Shown: positions 1 through 7,898, counted from the first letter of the stretch. The stretch is 22,836 nucleotides of DNA from an uncultured Bacteriovoracaceae bacterium (GCA_964524175.1 CAZGCK010000003.1:1-22836); one strand, 5' to 3'. Translations and numbers: made by a program. Notes: generated by a model from the letters alone, not told the origin.

Positions 1-143
1 ATCGTCTGTTCACCGACATGATGGTGGGCTTGTTCACTGGAGGTCTGATGGGCTTCGTGAAGTTCGCGCTCTCTGGCATGAAGCTTGAGTCTTACTCGAA
101 CAAAGTAGGCAAGGATGGGCGTGATCGGGTGCAAGACTCTTAG
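1..143 (+). CDS. 3' end of a CDS that begins upstream of the window (frame 3, stop TAG at 141..143). Hydrophobic C-terminal tail (…LFTDMMVGLFTGGLMGFVKFALSGMKLESYSNKVGKDGRDRVQDS), probably a membrane protein. Product unknown.
   Basis: Open frame from the window edge to a TAG stop. Hydrophobic, protein-like composition. No recognisable motif. Confidence 0.3.
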   Translation, partial: RLFTDMMVGLFTGGLMGFVKFALSGMKLESYSNKVGKDGRDRVQDS

Positions 144-323
144 GTATGTTTTCATCCACAAGAGAGAACGAAGTGCACTTTCGCAGCTTTTGGCTTTCTA
201 TATCCGAGCGCACATGCGATCCGCCGGGGTTTTGTTAAGAAGTCACTCGACCCATTCGAAAGTTTTTTTAGTTTCGCAGAATAGATCTGGTTTACAGATT
301 TTTAAAAACTATACCTCGCGCCA

Positions 324-767
324 CTACTCCACTCGTCGCCGATTCTGCTTATGGCCAGCGCGGATTTTTTTCGAATCCACCCGTCTGCGCTTCGATCCGC
401 GCGTAGGCTTCGTCGGTCGTCGCGGCCGCGGAGGATGTAGCACGGTTTGTAGCATCTCTGTGAGTCGATCTAGGCAGTCCTGCGCATTGCGCCGCTGATC
501 ACGAAATCGATCGCCCGATAAAGTCAGCTCTCCCTCTGCATTCAGTCGAGAGCCATACGCAGCTTTAAATCGATCTCTAACCCCGATCGGTAGACTGGGA
601 GAATCGAGCGCGTTCCATCGCAGCAAGGCCTTGCTGTTTACCTTATTGACGTTCTGCCCGCCCGGCCCTGAGCTGCGCGCGTAAGAAAACTCAAACTCAG
701 CGAGTGGGATGGTGAGGCCTGATCCGCGACTTTCTGGGTCAGTGACGACCAGGTAGTTCTCAAGCAA
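324..767 (-). CDS. arfB: Peptidyl-tRNA hydrolase ArfB (alternative ribosome-rescue factor B, YaeJ family)
   Basis: 147 aa. GGQ release-factor motif (SSGPGGQNVNKV) and a Lys/Arg-rich C-terminal tail (KPTRGSKRRRVDSKKIRAGHKQNRRR), which are the hallmarks of ArfB/YaeJ. Confidence 0.85.
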   Translation of the reverse strand: MLENYLVVTDPESRGSGLTIPLAEFEFSYARSSGPGGQNVNKVNSKALLRWNALDSPSLPIGVRDRFKAAYGSRLNAEGELTLSGDRFRDQRRNAQDCLDRLTEMLQTVLHPPRPRRPTKPTRGSKRRRVDSKKIRAGHKQNRRRVE

Positions 768-769
768 GT

Positions 770-1309
770 TTAATGAAGGGACGGGTTATGTCCGTGAACC
801 TGAGATCGGGCGATTTCCTCGTCCGTCGCCTCACGCGCCGCAACGGCTTCGACGTCGAAGTAGAGATCTTGCCCGGCCAGGGGATGATTGCCGTCGAGAG
901 TGACGGACTCACCTTGGGTTTCGATGACCCTGAATATTTTGCATTCTCCGTCATCGGCTTGAGTAATGACCTGAAATCCCACGTCGAGTCGAGCGCCCTC
1001 AGGCAGTCGCTTGCGGGGGACTTGCAGCACGAGTTCAGGGTCATAAAATCCGTAAGCCCGGTCTGCTTTCACGAGGATGTGACGTTTCTCGCCTTTTTTG
1101 AGATTTTGAAGGCCCTCGACTAGACCTCTGAGCGGCTCGTTGGAGAGCTCAGTGCCATGAGAAAGGCCGACCTCCGCGGGAAAACGCAGATTCGGGTTGG
1201 TAGGTGCTTCGAGAACTTGCGTAAGGACGTCGCGATTAAAAGATGAACTAATCACGCGCCCAAGCTGATCTTTGAGCACACAGTGAAATGAGACGATTTG
1301 AGCTTTCAT
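770..1309 (-). CDS. slyD: FKBP-type peptidyl-prolyl cis-trans isomerase of the SlyD/FkpB family
   Basis: 179 aa. The C-terminal segment VTLDGNHPLAGQDLYFDVEAVAAREATDEEI closely matches the SlyD signature (DGNHMLAGQNLKFNVEVVAIREATEEEL). An insert-in-flap region and a short His-containing tail are present. Its stop lies 3 nt from the arfB start, so the two are probably co-transcribed. Confidence 0.85.
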   Translation of the reverse strand: MKAQIVSFHCVLKDQLGRVISSSFNRDVLTQVLEAPTNPNLRFPAEVGLSHGTELSNEPLRGLVEGLQNLKKGEKRHILVKADRAYGFYDPELVLQVPRKRLPEGARLDVGFQVITQADDGECKIFRVIETQGESVTLDGNHPLAGQDLYFDVEAVAAREATDEEIARSQVHGHNPSLH

Positions 1310-1468
1310 CGGAGTCGGTCCTTTCGTTTCGATAGGACTACAACTTCGTGGACAACCCTAGGGTAACGAATCATTTGCGACAATGTCAAACAGTAGATCA
1401 GTTGCAATCTTCACTGTGCTTTTGTCGTGGCTGGAGTCGGCTCAATGATTTACCTTTGCTCAAGACCT

Positions 1469-2380
1469 ATGGCTTTTTCACCTGGTCGTACCGTTCGCTT
1501 TGCTCCTTCGCCTACCGGGCGTTTTCATATTGGCAATCTACGCACGGCGTTGATTTCACGGGATTGGGCGCGATTATTGGGAGCAGCTTGGGTTGTGCGC
1601 TTCGAAGATATCGACGCCCCACGGGTGCTGAGAGGAGCGCAAGCTCAGCAACTCGAGGACATGCATCGCTTGGGATTGGTTCCGGACCGAGTGCAGCAGC
1701 AGACCCACGCAAAGCGACGGCATTGGAAGCTTTTTGAGCGCGCGGTGCGAGAGGGAAGGGTGTATCCCTGCGACTGCTCTCGCAAAGAGGTGAGGGATGC
1801 GCTCGAGGCTTCAGCCTCTGCGCCTCACGGAGAGCTGACTCCGTATAGCGGACGTTGCCGCAAGAGAGATCACGAGCCGCGAGCAGAGATGGCGTCATTG
1901 GGGTGGCGGTTTGCGCTCGATGAGGATCCTAGCGGAAGAAGTGACTTTGTGGTGGCCAGGAGTCATGGACGATTGAATGCAGACGGGCTGCCAGCCTCTG
2001 GTGCCTTTGTGCCTGCCTATCATTGGGCCTGCGCCATTGATGACATCGATGGGAGGCATGCGCTGTTGGTGCGTGCCTCCGACCTGGCCAACGTGGTTTC
2101 TCAGCATCGGTCCATTATGGCTTGGGTAGCTGGATCTGACCCGTTTCCGGCCGTCTTTCATACGGCTCTCATTACTCAGGACTCGGGAGCACGACTCGAG
2201 AAACGAACGCGTGGAGTGACTCTCGAAGAGCTTGTACAGGCTGGATGGAGTGCTGAAAAGATACTAAACACCTTGCATGATAGCTTCAATCTCGATGCTT
2301 CAGAGTGGATTCCAGGGCGAATCTTTGGCGAGCTCGAGGCTTCGAGGACGCTTTCAAGTCTTGGTCTTAAGATTATTTAA
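1469..2380 (+). CDS. gluQ: Glutamyl-Q tRNA(Asp) synthetase, a truncated GluRS paralog (YadB/GluQRS)
   Basis: Class I aaRS HIGH region (RFAPSPTGRFHIGNLRTAL), a Zn-binding segment (YPCDCSRKE) and roughly 300 aa with no anticodon-binding domain. The open frame begins at 1427, but the ATG at 1469 (MAFSPG…) places the HIGH motif at the usual distance from the N-terminus. Confidence 0.85.
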   Translation: MAFSPGRTVRFAPSPTGRFHIGNLRTALISRDWARLLGAAWVVRFEDIDAPRVLRGAQAQQLEDMHRLGLVPDRVQQQTHAKRRHWKLFERAVREGRVYPCDCSRKEVRDALEASASAPHGELTPYSGRCRKRDHEPRAEMASLGWRFALDEDPSGRSDFVVARSHGRLNADGLPASGAFVPAYHWACAIDDIDGRHALLVRASDLANVVSQHRSIMAWVAGSDPFPAVFHTALITQDSGARLEKRTRGVTLEELVQAGWSAEKILNTLHDSFNLDASEWIPGRIFGELEASRTLSSLGLKII

Positions 2381-3731
2381 ACAAGGACCTAAAGGCATCG
2401 ACTACCGGATAGGAGAAGCTCGAGAAGATTTCTCGCTCCATCTCTCCGATGACCACCTGAGAGGGGCGGCGGATTGTCTGATCTCCCTCGACGATTTTTA
2501 AGCGGCGCACGAACTCGTCGGCCAGGCCCACGATTTCGGCCATTCTCCCTATATTGGTGGCGCTCCGGCGTTCGTGGTGACGGGCGATCGCCTGAATCAC
2601 GGCCGTGTCGATCTCGGGTAGTTGCCTGAGACTCTCGGCCCCACGCTCGGAATGAGTCAAAAAGATTTTGCGCTCCTCAGGCGTCATTCTTTTTTCGTCC
2701 TCGTGCCAAACGGATTGGGGCAGGCCGACAAGTCCGATGTCATGGAGAAGTCCCGCTAGCCCGATCGAAACAAAGGCATCGCAAGACTCGATCTGCAGCG
2801 GCTCAGCCATGAGGCCGCAGATCCACGTTACCGAAACGGCGTGGTCGTGAGCTTTGGTGTTGGCGAGTAGCGCTGCGATACCGGGTGCGCCGGCTCCGCC
2901 TGGGTGAGTAGCGGGCTTGATCTCGTGGATCACGCCATAAACTTGCTCGAGCAACGAGACAGCCGATTCGAGGTGTTGCTGGCTGGTTCCTCCGTGGAGA
3001 AAAAGGTCCAAAACGTCTTGAGTCTGGGAGAACGCCTGGTTGATTTTAAAATCGAGCGCGATGCGCGGATTGGCGAAAAGAATGCGCGAAAGCAGTTTGC
3101 CGTACTGAAGGCAAGCCTGTATGGATCGATTTTTTATATAAAACGAGTTGGCGCCCTTCGCGATGTATCCGAGCGCGCGGTCAAGCTGTATGGGCTGGCC
3201 TGCTTCGCCGATCTGCAGATACTTTTCGGAGGGTAGCTTCAGATAGACGTCAAATGGGCAGGGTAGTCGCGAGAGAAAATCTGAGGACGGCACCGCGACA
3301 AACTCGGCATCTTGCATAGAAGCAGGGGTTTCTACTGCTTCTTTTCTTGCGGGTCTGCTGAAGTCAGACAGCTTGTCGATGCGCAGGGCAGAAATCCGCT
3401 CGGGATCAAGCGCTCCTTGTGTGGCGCCCAATACTGTGAGGCGCGCCATCTCTTGTGCGTCGAGAATGGGGGAAGTGTAAGGGTTCAGGCAGAAAAGAGG
3501 AGTGGCAGGGCGAATGCGTCGGGCTTCGCAGAATGCTCCCACTCCGCCAATGCGGGGAATGGCTGGGTTGATGAAGATCGCTGAGAAGCCTCGCTCGGGA
3601 TCGGCAAGCGCCGATCGCATTCTGTCTGGTTCGCTGAGGTAGGTGACGGGAAGATTTAGCTTCTCCAATAGCGCAGAGTGCCCCGCGGTCTCGTAATCGA
3701 CTACCAGCACGGAGTATTCAGTCGTAGCCAT
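2373..3731 (-). CDS. Two-domain signalling protein: an N-terminal receiver-like domain that lacks the phospho-acceptor Asp, fused to an HD-type phosphohydrolase domain with a degenerate HD-GYP signature
   Basis: The N-terminal domain (YSVLVVDYETAG…FSAIFINPAIP) has the CheY-like layout, but N replaces the conserved acceptor D. The C-terminal domain has H..H…LLHDIGLVGL…HHERRSATNIG, i.e. the HD motif and HHE, with the GYP triplet replaced. The open frame starts with TTG at 3788. The ATG at 3731 (MATTEYS), preceded by AAGAGG, is the likelier start. Its 3' end overlaps gluQ by 8 bp, tail to tail. Confidence 0.7.
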   Translation of the reverse strand: MATTEYSVLVVDYETAGHSALLEKLNLPVTYLSEPDRMRSALADPERGFSAIFINPAIPRIGGVGAFCEARRIRPATPLFCLNPYTSPILDAQEMARLTVLGATQGALDPERISALRIDKLSDFSRPARKEAVETPASMQDAEFVAVPSSDFLSRLPCPFDVYLKLPSEKYLQIGEAGQPIQLDRALGYIAKGANSFYIKNRSIQACLQYGKLLSRILFANPRIALDFKINQAFSQTQDVLDLFLHGGTSQQHLESAVSLLEQVYGVIHEIKPATHPGGAGAPGIAALLANTKAHDHAVSVTWICGLMAEPLQIESCDAFVSIGLAGLLHDIGLVGLPQSVWHEDEKRMTPEERKIFLTHSERGAESLRQLPEIDTAVIQAIARHHERRSATNIGRMAEIVGLADEFVRRLKIVEGDQTIRRPSQVVIGEMEREIFSSFSYPVVDAFRSLFK

Positions 3732-4107
3732 TGACTGAGGCCTCTTGTCCTCAATGACTAGTGTACCTGGCACTCGTGCTGGGCTCAAGTTTTCGAATGC
3801 GAGGCGATGCCACGGTTAAGTACAAATATATTAGCTGACTATTGACTAACGATAAAAACTGTGAACGATCGCCGCTCACTCGCATACCCCAGGGGTACGC
3901 GCCCCGCACGAGACGGCTCAAGTTTTGGGATTACTTTGCCCAATTGGCACCTGTGGCGCATTCTTTGATCCTAGGCGCGGATGTCGGGGGGGGCGCTATC
4001 CTTTGGGTTGATGTAAGGCTGGCGCTGCGCCCCAGGCAAAAGGGGCCGGATATTTTAGAGGAGGGGGCGGTTTCACATGCTATCCTTGGAGGAGTCAGGC
4101 CCCGCCA

Positions 4108-5559
4108 ATGGAAACCGAATTTACTCGCGCTAAACACACATTGATCGTCAGTGACATCCATCTCGCGGATGCCGAGCCTCCTCATCCCAAAAACCCGCTT
4201 TGGAAGCGGTTCAAACGTCCCAAGCATTTTGTCGACAAAGCGTTTCGGGCGTTTCTTGAGAGAATGCAAGCGGACATCGGGGAGTCGGGCATCGAGCTTG
4301 TGTTTAACGGGGATATCTTTGACTTCGACTCGGTGATGGTGTTGCCCAACGATCCGGACCGCACAGCCTGGAAAATCAGCTGGCTCGAGCGCGTGCGAGG
4401 ACTCAACTCCGAAGAGGCAAAATCTCGTTTCAAGCTGTCTATTATTCTCAAGGACCATCCTGTTTGGGTGGCGACCGTGAGGAACTTTATTCTCAAGGGC
4501 AATCGTGTTGTGTTTGTCACGGGCAACCACGATATGGAGATGAGTTGGCCAAGCGTGAGGCAGGACTTCCTGGATAAGTTGGATTTGCCCGAGTTTTTTC
4601 GGGATAATGTGCGTTTTTGCGAGTGGTTCTATATTAGCAATAAAGACACTTTGATCGAGCATGGGCATCAATATGATGCGTATTGCTTGTCATCCAATCC
4701 AATCAATCCGCTGATCAAGAAAGGCTCTCGAATCTGCGTGCGGATCCCGTTCGGGAATCTTGCGGGCAAGTACATGGTGAATGGAATGGGGCTGTTCAAT
4801 CCCCATGCGGACTCAAGTTTTATCAAGGAAACCATTTGGGAATACGTCGTATTTTACTTCAAATACATTCTGACGACTCAGCCGTTCCTGATTTGGACCT
4901 GGTTCTGGAGCGCGATGGTGACCTTGGTCTATTCGGTAGGCGAGGGGCTGCTTCCTCCCATGACGGACCCCATGACATTGGCGTCGCGCGTGGATGATAT
5001 CGCCAATCGAGCCAACGCAAGTCCCTCGCAGGTCTGGGCTCTCAAAGAGCTGCACGTTCACCCGGCGATCTATAATCCGTTCAAGATCTTGCGTGAGCTC
5101 TGGCTCGATCGCGCGATCTTGCTCGCGATCATCGTCTTCGCGAGCTTCAATTTCTTCTCGTTTCTCAGGCTCTTGGTCAATGCCTCTCCTTGGTGGTTTG
5201 TGGCTGCCTTTTTCTTTTTCCTGCCAGGATTTATATTTTACGCCCGCTCGGTTCAGTCCGAGCTCGCGAAGACCCAGAACGCGGCGTTTGAGCATGCTCC
5301 GCTTGCAGCTCGCATCGTGCAGGTGAAGCGAGTGGCCCAAGGGCACGTGCACCAAGAGCGGCATACTTGGACAGACGGAGTCGAATACCTCAACACGGGG
5401 ACATGGTCGCCTGCGTATCGCGATGTAGAATGCACCCAGCCTTATGGGCGCAAATGTTTTGTTTGGATCAAGCCGGGCAATGGTCCTACCGATGCGCGTG
5501 TGTCTGAGCTCTACGAATGGCGGGAGCAGGGGCCAGAGCGGATCATTGCTGAGAAATAA
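4108..5559 (+). CDS. Membrane-embedded calcineurin-like metallophosphoesterase
   Basis: Phosphoesterase motifs appear in order: SDIHL (D-x-H), GDIFD (GD-x-x-D), GNHDME (GNH[DE]) and EHGH. A roughly 150-aa block of predicted TM helices follows (…WTWFWSAMVTLVY…, …ILLAIIVFASFNFFSFLRLL…, …WWFVAAFFFFLPGFIFY…). The final GHVH motif (AQGHVHQERH) comes after that block. Confidence 0.75.
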   Translation: METEFTRAKHTLIVSDIHLADAEPPHPKNPLWKRFKRPKHFVDKAFRAFLERMQADIGESGIELVFNGDIFDFDSVMVLPNDPDRTAWKISWLERVRGLNSEEAKSRFKLSIILKDHPVWVATVRNFILKGNRVVFVTGNHDMEMSWPSVRQDFLDKLDLPEFFRDNVRFCEWFYISNKDTLIEHGHQYDAYCLSSNPINPLIKKGSRICVRIPFGNLAGKYMVNGMGLFNPHADSSFIKETIWEYVVFYFKYILTTQPFLIWTWFWSAMVTLVYSVGEGLLPPMTDPMTLASRVDDIANRANASPSQVWALKELHVHPAIYNPFKILRELWLDRAILLAIIVFASFNFFSFLRLLVNASPWWFVAAFFFFLPGFIFYARSVQSELAKTQNAAFEHAPLAARIVQVKRVAQGHVHQERHTWTDGVEYLNTGTWSPAYRDVECTQPYGRKCFVWIKPGNGPTDARVSELYEWREQGPERIIAEK

Positions 5560-5607
5560 TTGCCCATGTAAGATTTTGCATATTTTATATAATATTGACT
5601 GCTGACT

Positions 5608-5886
5608 ATGCTCGACCTCATCAGTCCTACCACTCTCAAGGGGTTCCTGCCTTTTGCGGTATTTTTAGAGGCGCTCGTGTCGGCAATGGCCTCCGCTGGT
5701 TTCTTGCTATTGCTTGATTGGCGCGATAAGTGGCGAACCTCGGTCAAAAGCGAAAGAGCTCTTGCGGATCGGCTCAACGTGATGATGGGCCGGATCAAGA
5801 AGCTGATCGCCGAGGCTTACGTCCGCGCAGAGCTGCACCTAGAGATCCAGGTTGAAGAAAAGTTAAGTCGATGCTTTTGCCAGTAG
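5608..5886 (+). CDS. Small predicted membrane/coiled-coil ORF (92 aa), possibly the detached N-terminal part of the downstream PP2C phosphatase
   Basis: One hydrophobic helix (FLPFAVFLEALVSAMASAGFLLLL) followed by an amphipathic charged segment ending …ELHLEIQVEEKL. It overlaps the next ORF by 16 nt in a different frame. See findings. Confidence 0.4.
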   Translation: MLDLISPTTLKGFLPFAVFLEALVSAMASAGFLLLLDWRDKWRTSVKSERALADRLNVMMGRIKKLIAEAYVRAELHLEIQVEEKLSRCFCQ

Positions 5887-6635
5887 AAGAGCTCTGGGTG
5901 GGCAATTTTAGGATCTGGAGTCGCATGGAGCCGGCGAGCCAGTGCGGGGGCGATTGGTGGGGTTATATTGAGGTTCCCAATCCGAGCGGGGGATCTTCTT
6001 ACTTGGTGATGATGATTGGCGATGTTGAGGGGCATGGGACCGCGCAGGCTCTGATCACGGGAGGGGTGCAGGGTGCGCTTGGAATGCTTGCCCCCTGGCT
6101 CAAGGAGCATCCCGAGTGTTGCTCTAAGCCTGAAGCAATCTTGGATTTCTTCAATCAATCTATTTTTGGCGCGACTAAAGGCGCGCTGACGATGACCTTC
6201 ACGGTCGCGATGATCGATCGGGATGCGCGCTTGCTTCGCGTGGCTAATGCTGGGCACCCGTTTCCCTATGTGCTCAGGCCAACGGGTGAGGGCGGTGCGC
6301 TGGTTCCTCAAGCAGTCACTCAGGCGGGCATCCCGCTCGGATCCGCCGCCAATACCTTGTACGATCAGCACGTGGCTGTGCCTTGGCAGCCGGGGAGCCA
6401 CTTGTTTCTCTATACAGATGGTTTAGTCCAGTGCATCCGTGAAGGAGAGCCGCTCTTTACTCGCAAAGAGCTCAGGCAGACGCTCGTCGAATTCTCTAGC
6501 CTCAAGGGCAATGAGTTTTTTTCTAAGGTCATGTCAGAGCGCAGAAGGCGAATCAGCGACTGCCCGCAGAAAGATGATGTGTCGGCGGTCGTTTGCATGG
6601 AGCTTCCCGTTTTCGAATCCAGCAAGGGGCTTTAG
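5871..6635 (+). CDS. PP2C-type (SpoIIE/RsbU family) serine/threonine protein phosphatase domain protein
   Basis: Family motifs LLP…GGDWWGY, IGDVEGHGTAQA, AGHPFPY, LYTDG and DDVSAVV. In this family these correspond to the metal-binding Asp residues. Confidence 0.8.
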   Translation: MLLPVEELWVGNFRIWSRMEPASQCGGDWWGYIEVPNPSGGSSYLVMMIGDVEGHGTAQALITGGVQGALGMLAPWLKEHPECCSKPEAILDFFNQSIFGATKGALTMTFTVAMIDRDARLLRVANAGHPFPYVLRPTGEGGALVPQAVTQAGIPLGSAANTLYDQHVAVPWQPGSHLFLYTDGLVQCIREGEPLFTRKELRQTLVEFSSLKGNEFFSKVMSERRRRISDCPQKDDVSAVVCMELPVFESSKGL

Positions 6636-7396
6636 AGCAATGTCCGGAGCTCTTTGAAAGTCCCGCGCCATGCAGGAGCCTGTGCGCCGGTGTAGCGAAG
6701 CGGGGCGAGCTTGGCCGATTTTCCGACGATAAAAACACGGATGCCGACTTGGGTTGCTGGTAGGTCCATTTTTACGTCGTCGCCAATCAAAAGACAGTCT
6801 TCCGCCTTTAGGTTCTGCTGGGAGAGAATTTCCCGATAGTACTCGGGCGCCGGTTTGCACGCGTGCATCTTGCGGATGTGGGTCATCGATTCAAAAAGAC
6901 CCGGATCAATCCCGGCCCATCTCACTCGCAGCTCGACAATCTCTGGTGGCCAAACGGGATTGGTGGCCAGGGTCATGGGATAGCGATCCTTCGCCCATTC
7001 TAAGAACTCTTTGGCCCCCTCGATCGGATAGAAGTGGTGCTTCAAGCCTGGAAAAATCAAAAGCACCCCATCACGTAGGACTTTGCGTCCTTCCTCGGCA
7101 GTAAGGTTCATCTGCTTGGAGAAAATCTCAACGACGCGACTGTCATTGGTGGCGGTCTCTGAGGGCCGGTCAAACTCTCTTTTGATCAACATGAGCGCTT
7201 TTGCCGCCTTGCGGGCCCCTCCATAGGGTCGCAGCGCTTGAATCGATTGCTTGATGAAGTCCAATGATAGCCGAAGGCTCTGGTTGCCGAGAAGGGTTCC
7301 GTCGAGGTCGACCAAAAGATGTTTTACGGGATGTTGAGAAAAGTAGGTCGAGGCCGTGCGAGAGACTTTTGTGACGGTAGGTACTTTGAGGTTCAT
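6632..7396 (-). CDS. HAD-superfamily hydrolase
   Basis: Motif I LVDLDGTLL near the N-terminus and motif IV LIGDDVKMD near the C-terminus, in about 250 aa. The 12-bp gap to hxlR upstream on the same strand suggests an operon. Confidence 0.75.
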   Translation of the reverse strand: MNLKVPTVTKVSRTASTYFSQHPVKHLLVDLDGTLLGNQSLRLSLDFIKQSIQALRPYGGARKAAKALMLIKREFDRPSETATNDSRVVEIFSKQMNLTAEEGRKVLRDGVLLIFPGLKHHFYPIEGAKEFLEWAKDRYPMTLATNPVWPPEIVELRVRWAGIDPGLFESMTHIRKMHACKPAPEYYREILSQQNLKAEDCLLIGDDVKMDLPATQVGIRVFIVGKSAKLAPLRYTGAQAPAWRGTFKELRTLL

Positions 7397-7408
7397 AGGG
7401 GTACTGCT

Positions 7409-7828
7409 TTAATTCATTGTGTTGGCTTGAGAATGAGGCTGCGACTTTTTACGGAGTGGGTATCGCTTCTGAAGCTCGCTCCCGACTTCGACGATGGCAT
7501 CCAAAACGGGCTGAAACTTCATTCCAAAAGAAGTGAGCGCGTACTCGACGGTGGGGGGCGATGTGGGCATAACCGTGCGGGTGATGATGCCTCGTTCTTC
7601 GAGCTCTCTCAGGCGAGTGGTTAAGACTTTGGCCGATATTTTTCCTAAGTCTCTTTTGAGGTCGCCAAAGCGGCGAGGTTCGGCACGCAGGTACCAAAGA
7701 ATTTTAGTGGTCCAAGCGCCGCCCAAAAAGCTGAGGCAACCTTCAAGCGGGCATCCTTCCGGAGGGGCTCCGATTTTGCTGCGCTTGGGGCGGATAATAA
7801 AGCACTCCTGGAAAAATGTTTGAGGCAT
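7409..7828 (-). CDS. HxlR-family winged-helix transcriptional regulator
   Basis: CPLEGCLSFLGGAWTTKILWYL…FGDLKRDLGKISAKVLTTRLRELEERGIITR is the canonical HxlR (DUF24) core. The open frame extends to the ATG at 7876. The internal ATG at 7828 (MPQTF…) gives the usual size of about 140 aa. Confidence 0.8.
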   Translation of the reverse strand: MPQTFFQECFIIRPKRSKIGAPPEGCPLEGCLSFLGGAWTTKILWYLRAEPRRFGDLKRDLGKISAKVLTTRLRELEERGIITRTVMPTSPPTVEYALTSFGMKFQPVLDAIVEVGSELQKRYPLRKKSQPHSQANTMN

Positions 7829-7898
7829 TGCGGACAAAAGACTAAAGCGCCTGCGACTACCTGCACTAGTTACCATGAGAGAGATCAGGTATACAAAT

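Noticed and set aside
115-498. 127-aa Arg/Ser-rich ORF on the + strand
   Set aside because: It lies antisense to the well-supported arfB gene. It has low-complexity, Arg-rich composition typical of an antisense frame of GC-rich coding DNA, and no RBS.
3931-4671. 246-aa ORF on the − strand and the nested 4182..4526 ORF
   Set aside because: They are antisense to the metallophosphoesterase gene, whose motifs are unambiguous. No domain is recognisable.
4813-5364. 183-aa highly charged (R/E/D-rich) ORF on the − strand
   Set aside because: Antisense to the TM-rich part of the MPE gene. The low-complexity charged sequence is the mirror of a hydrophobic coding frame.
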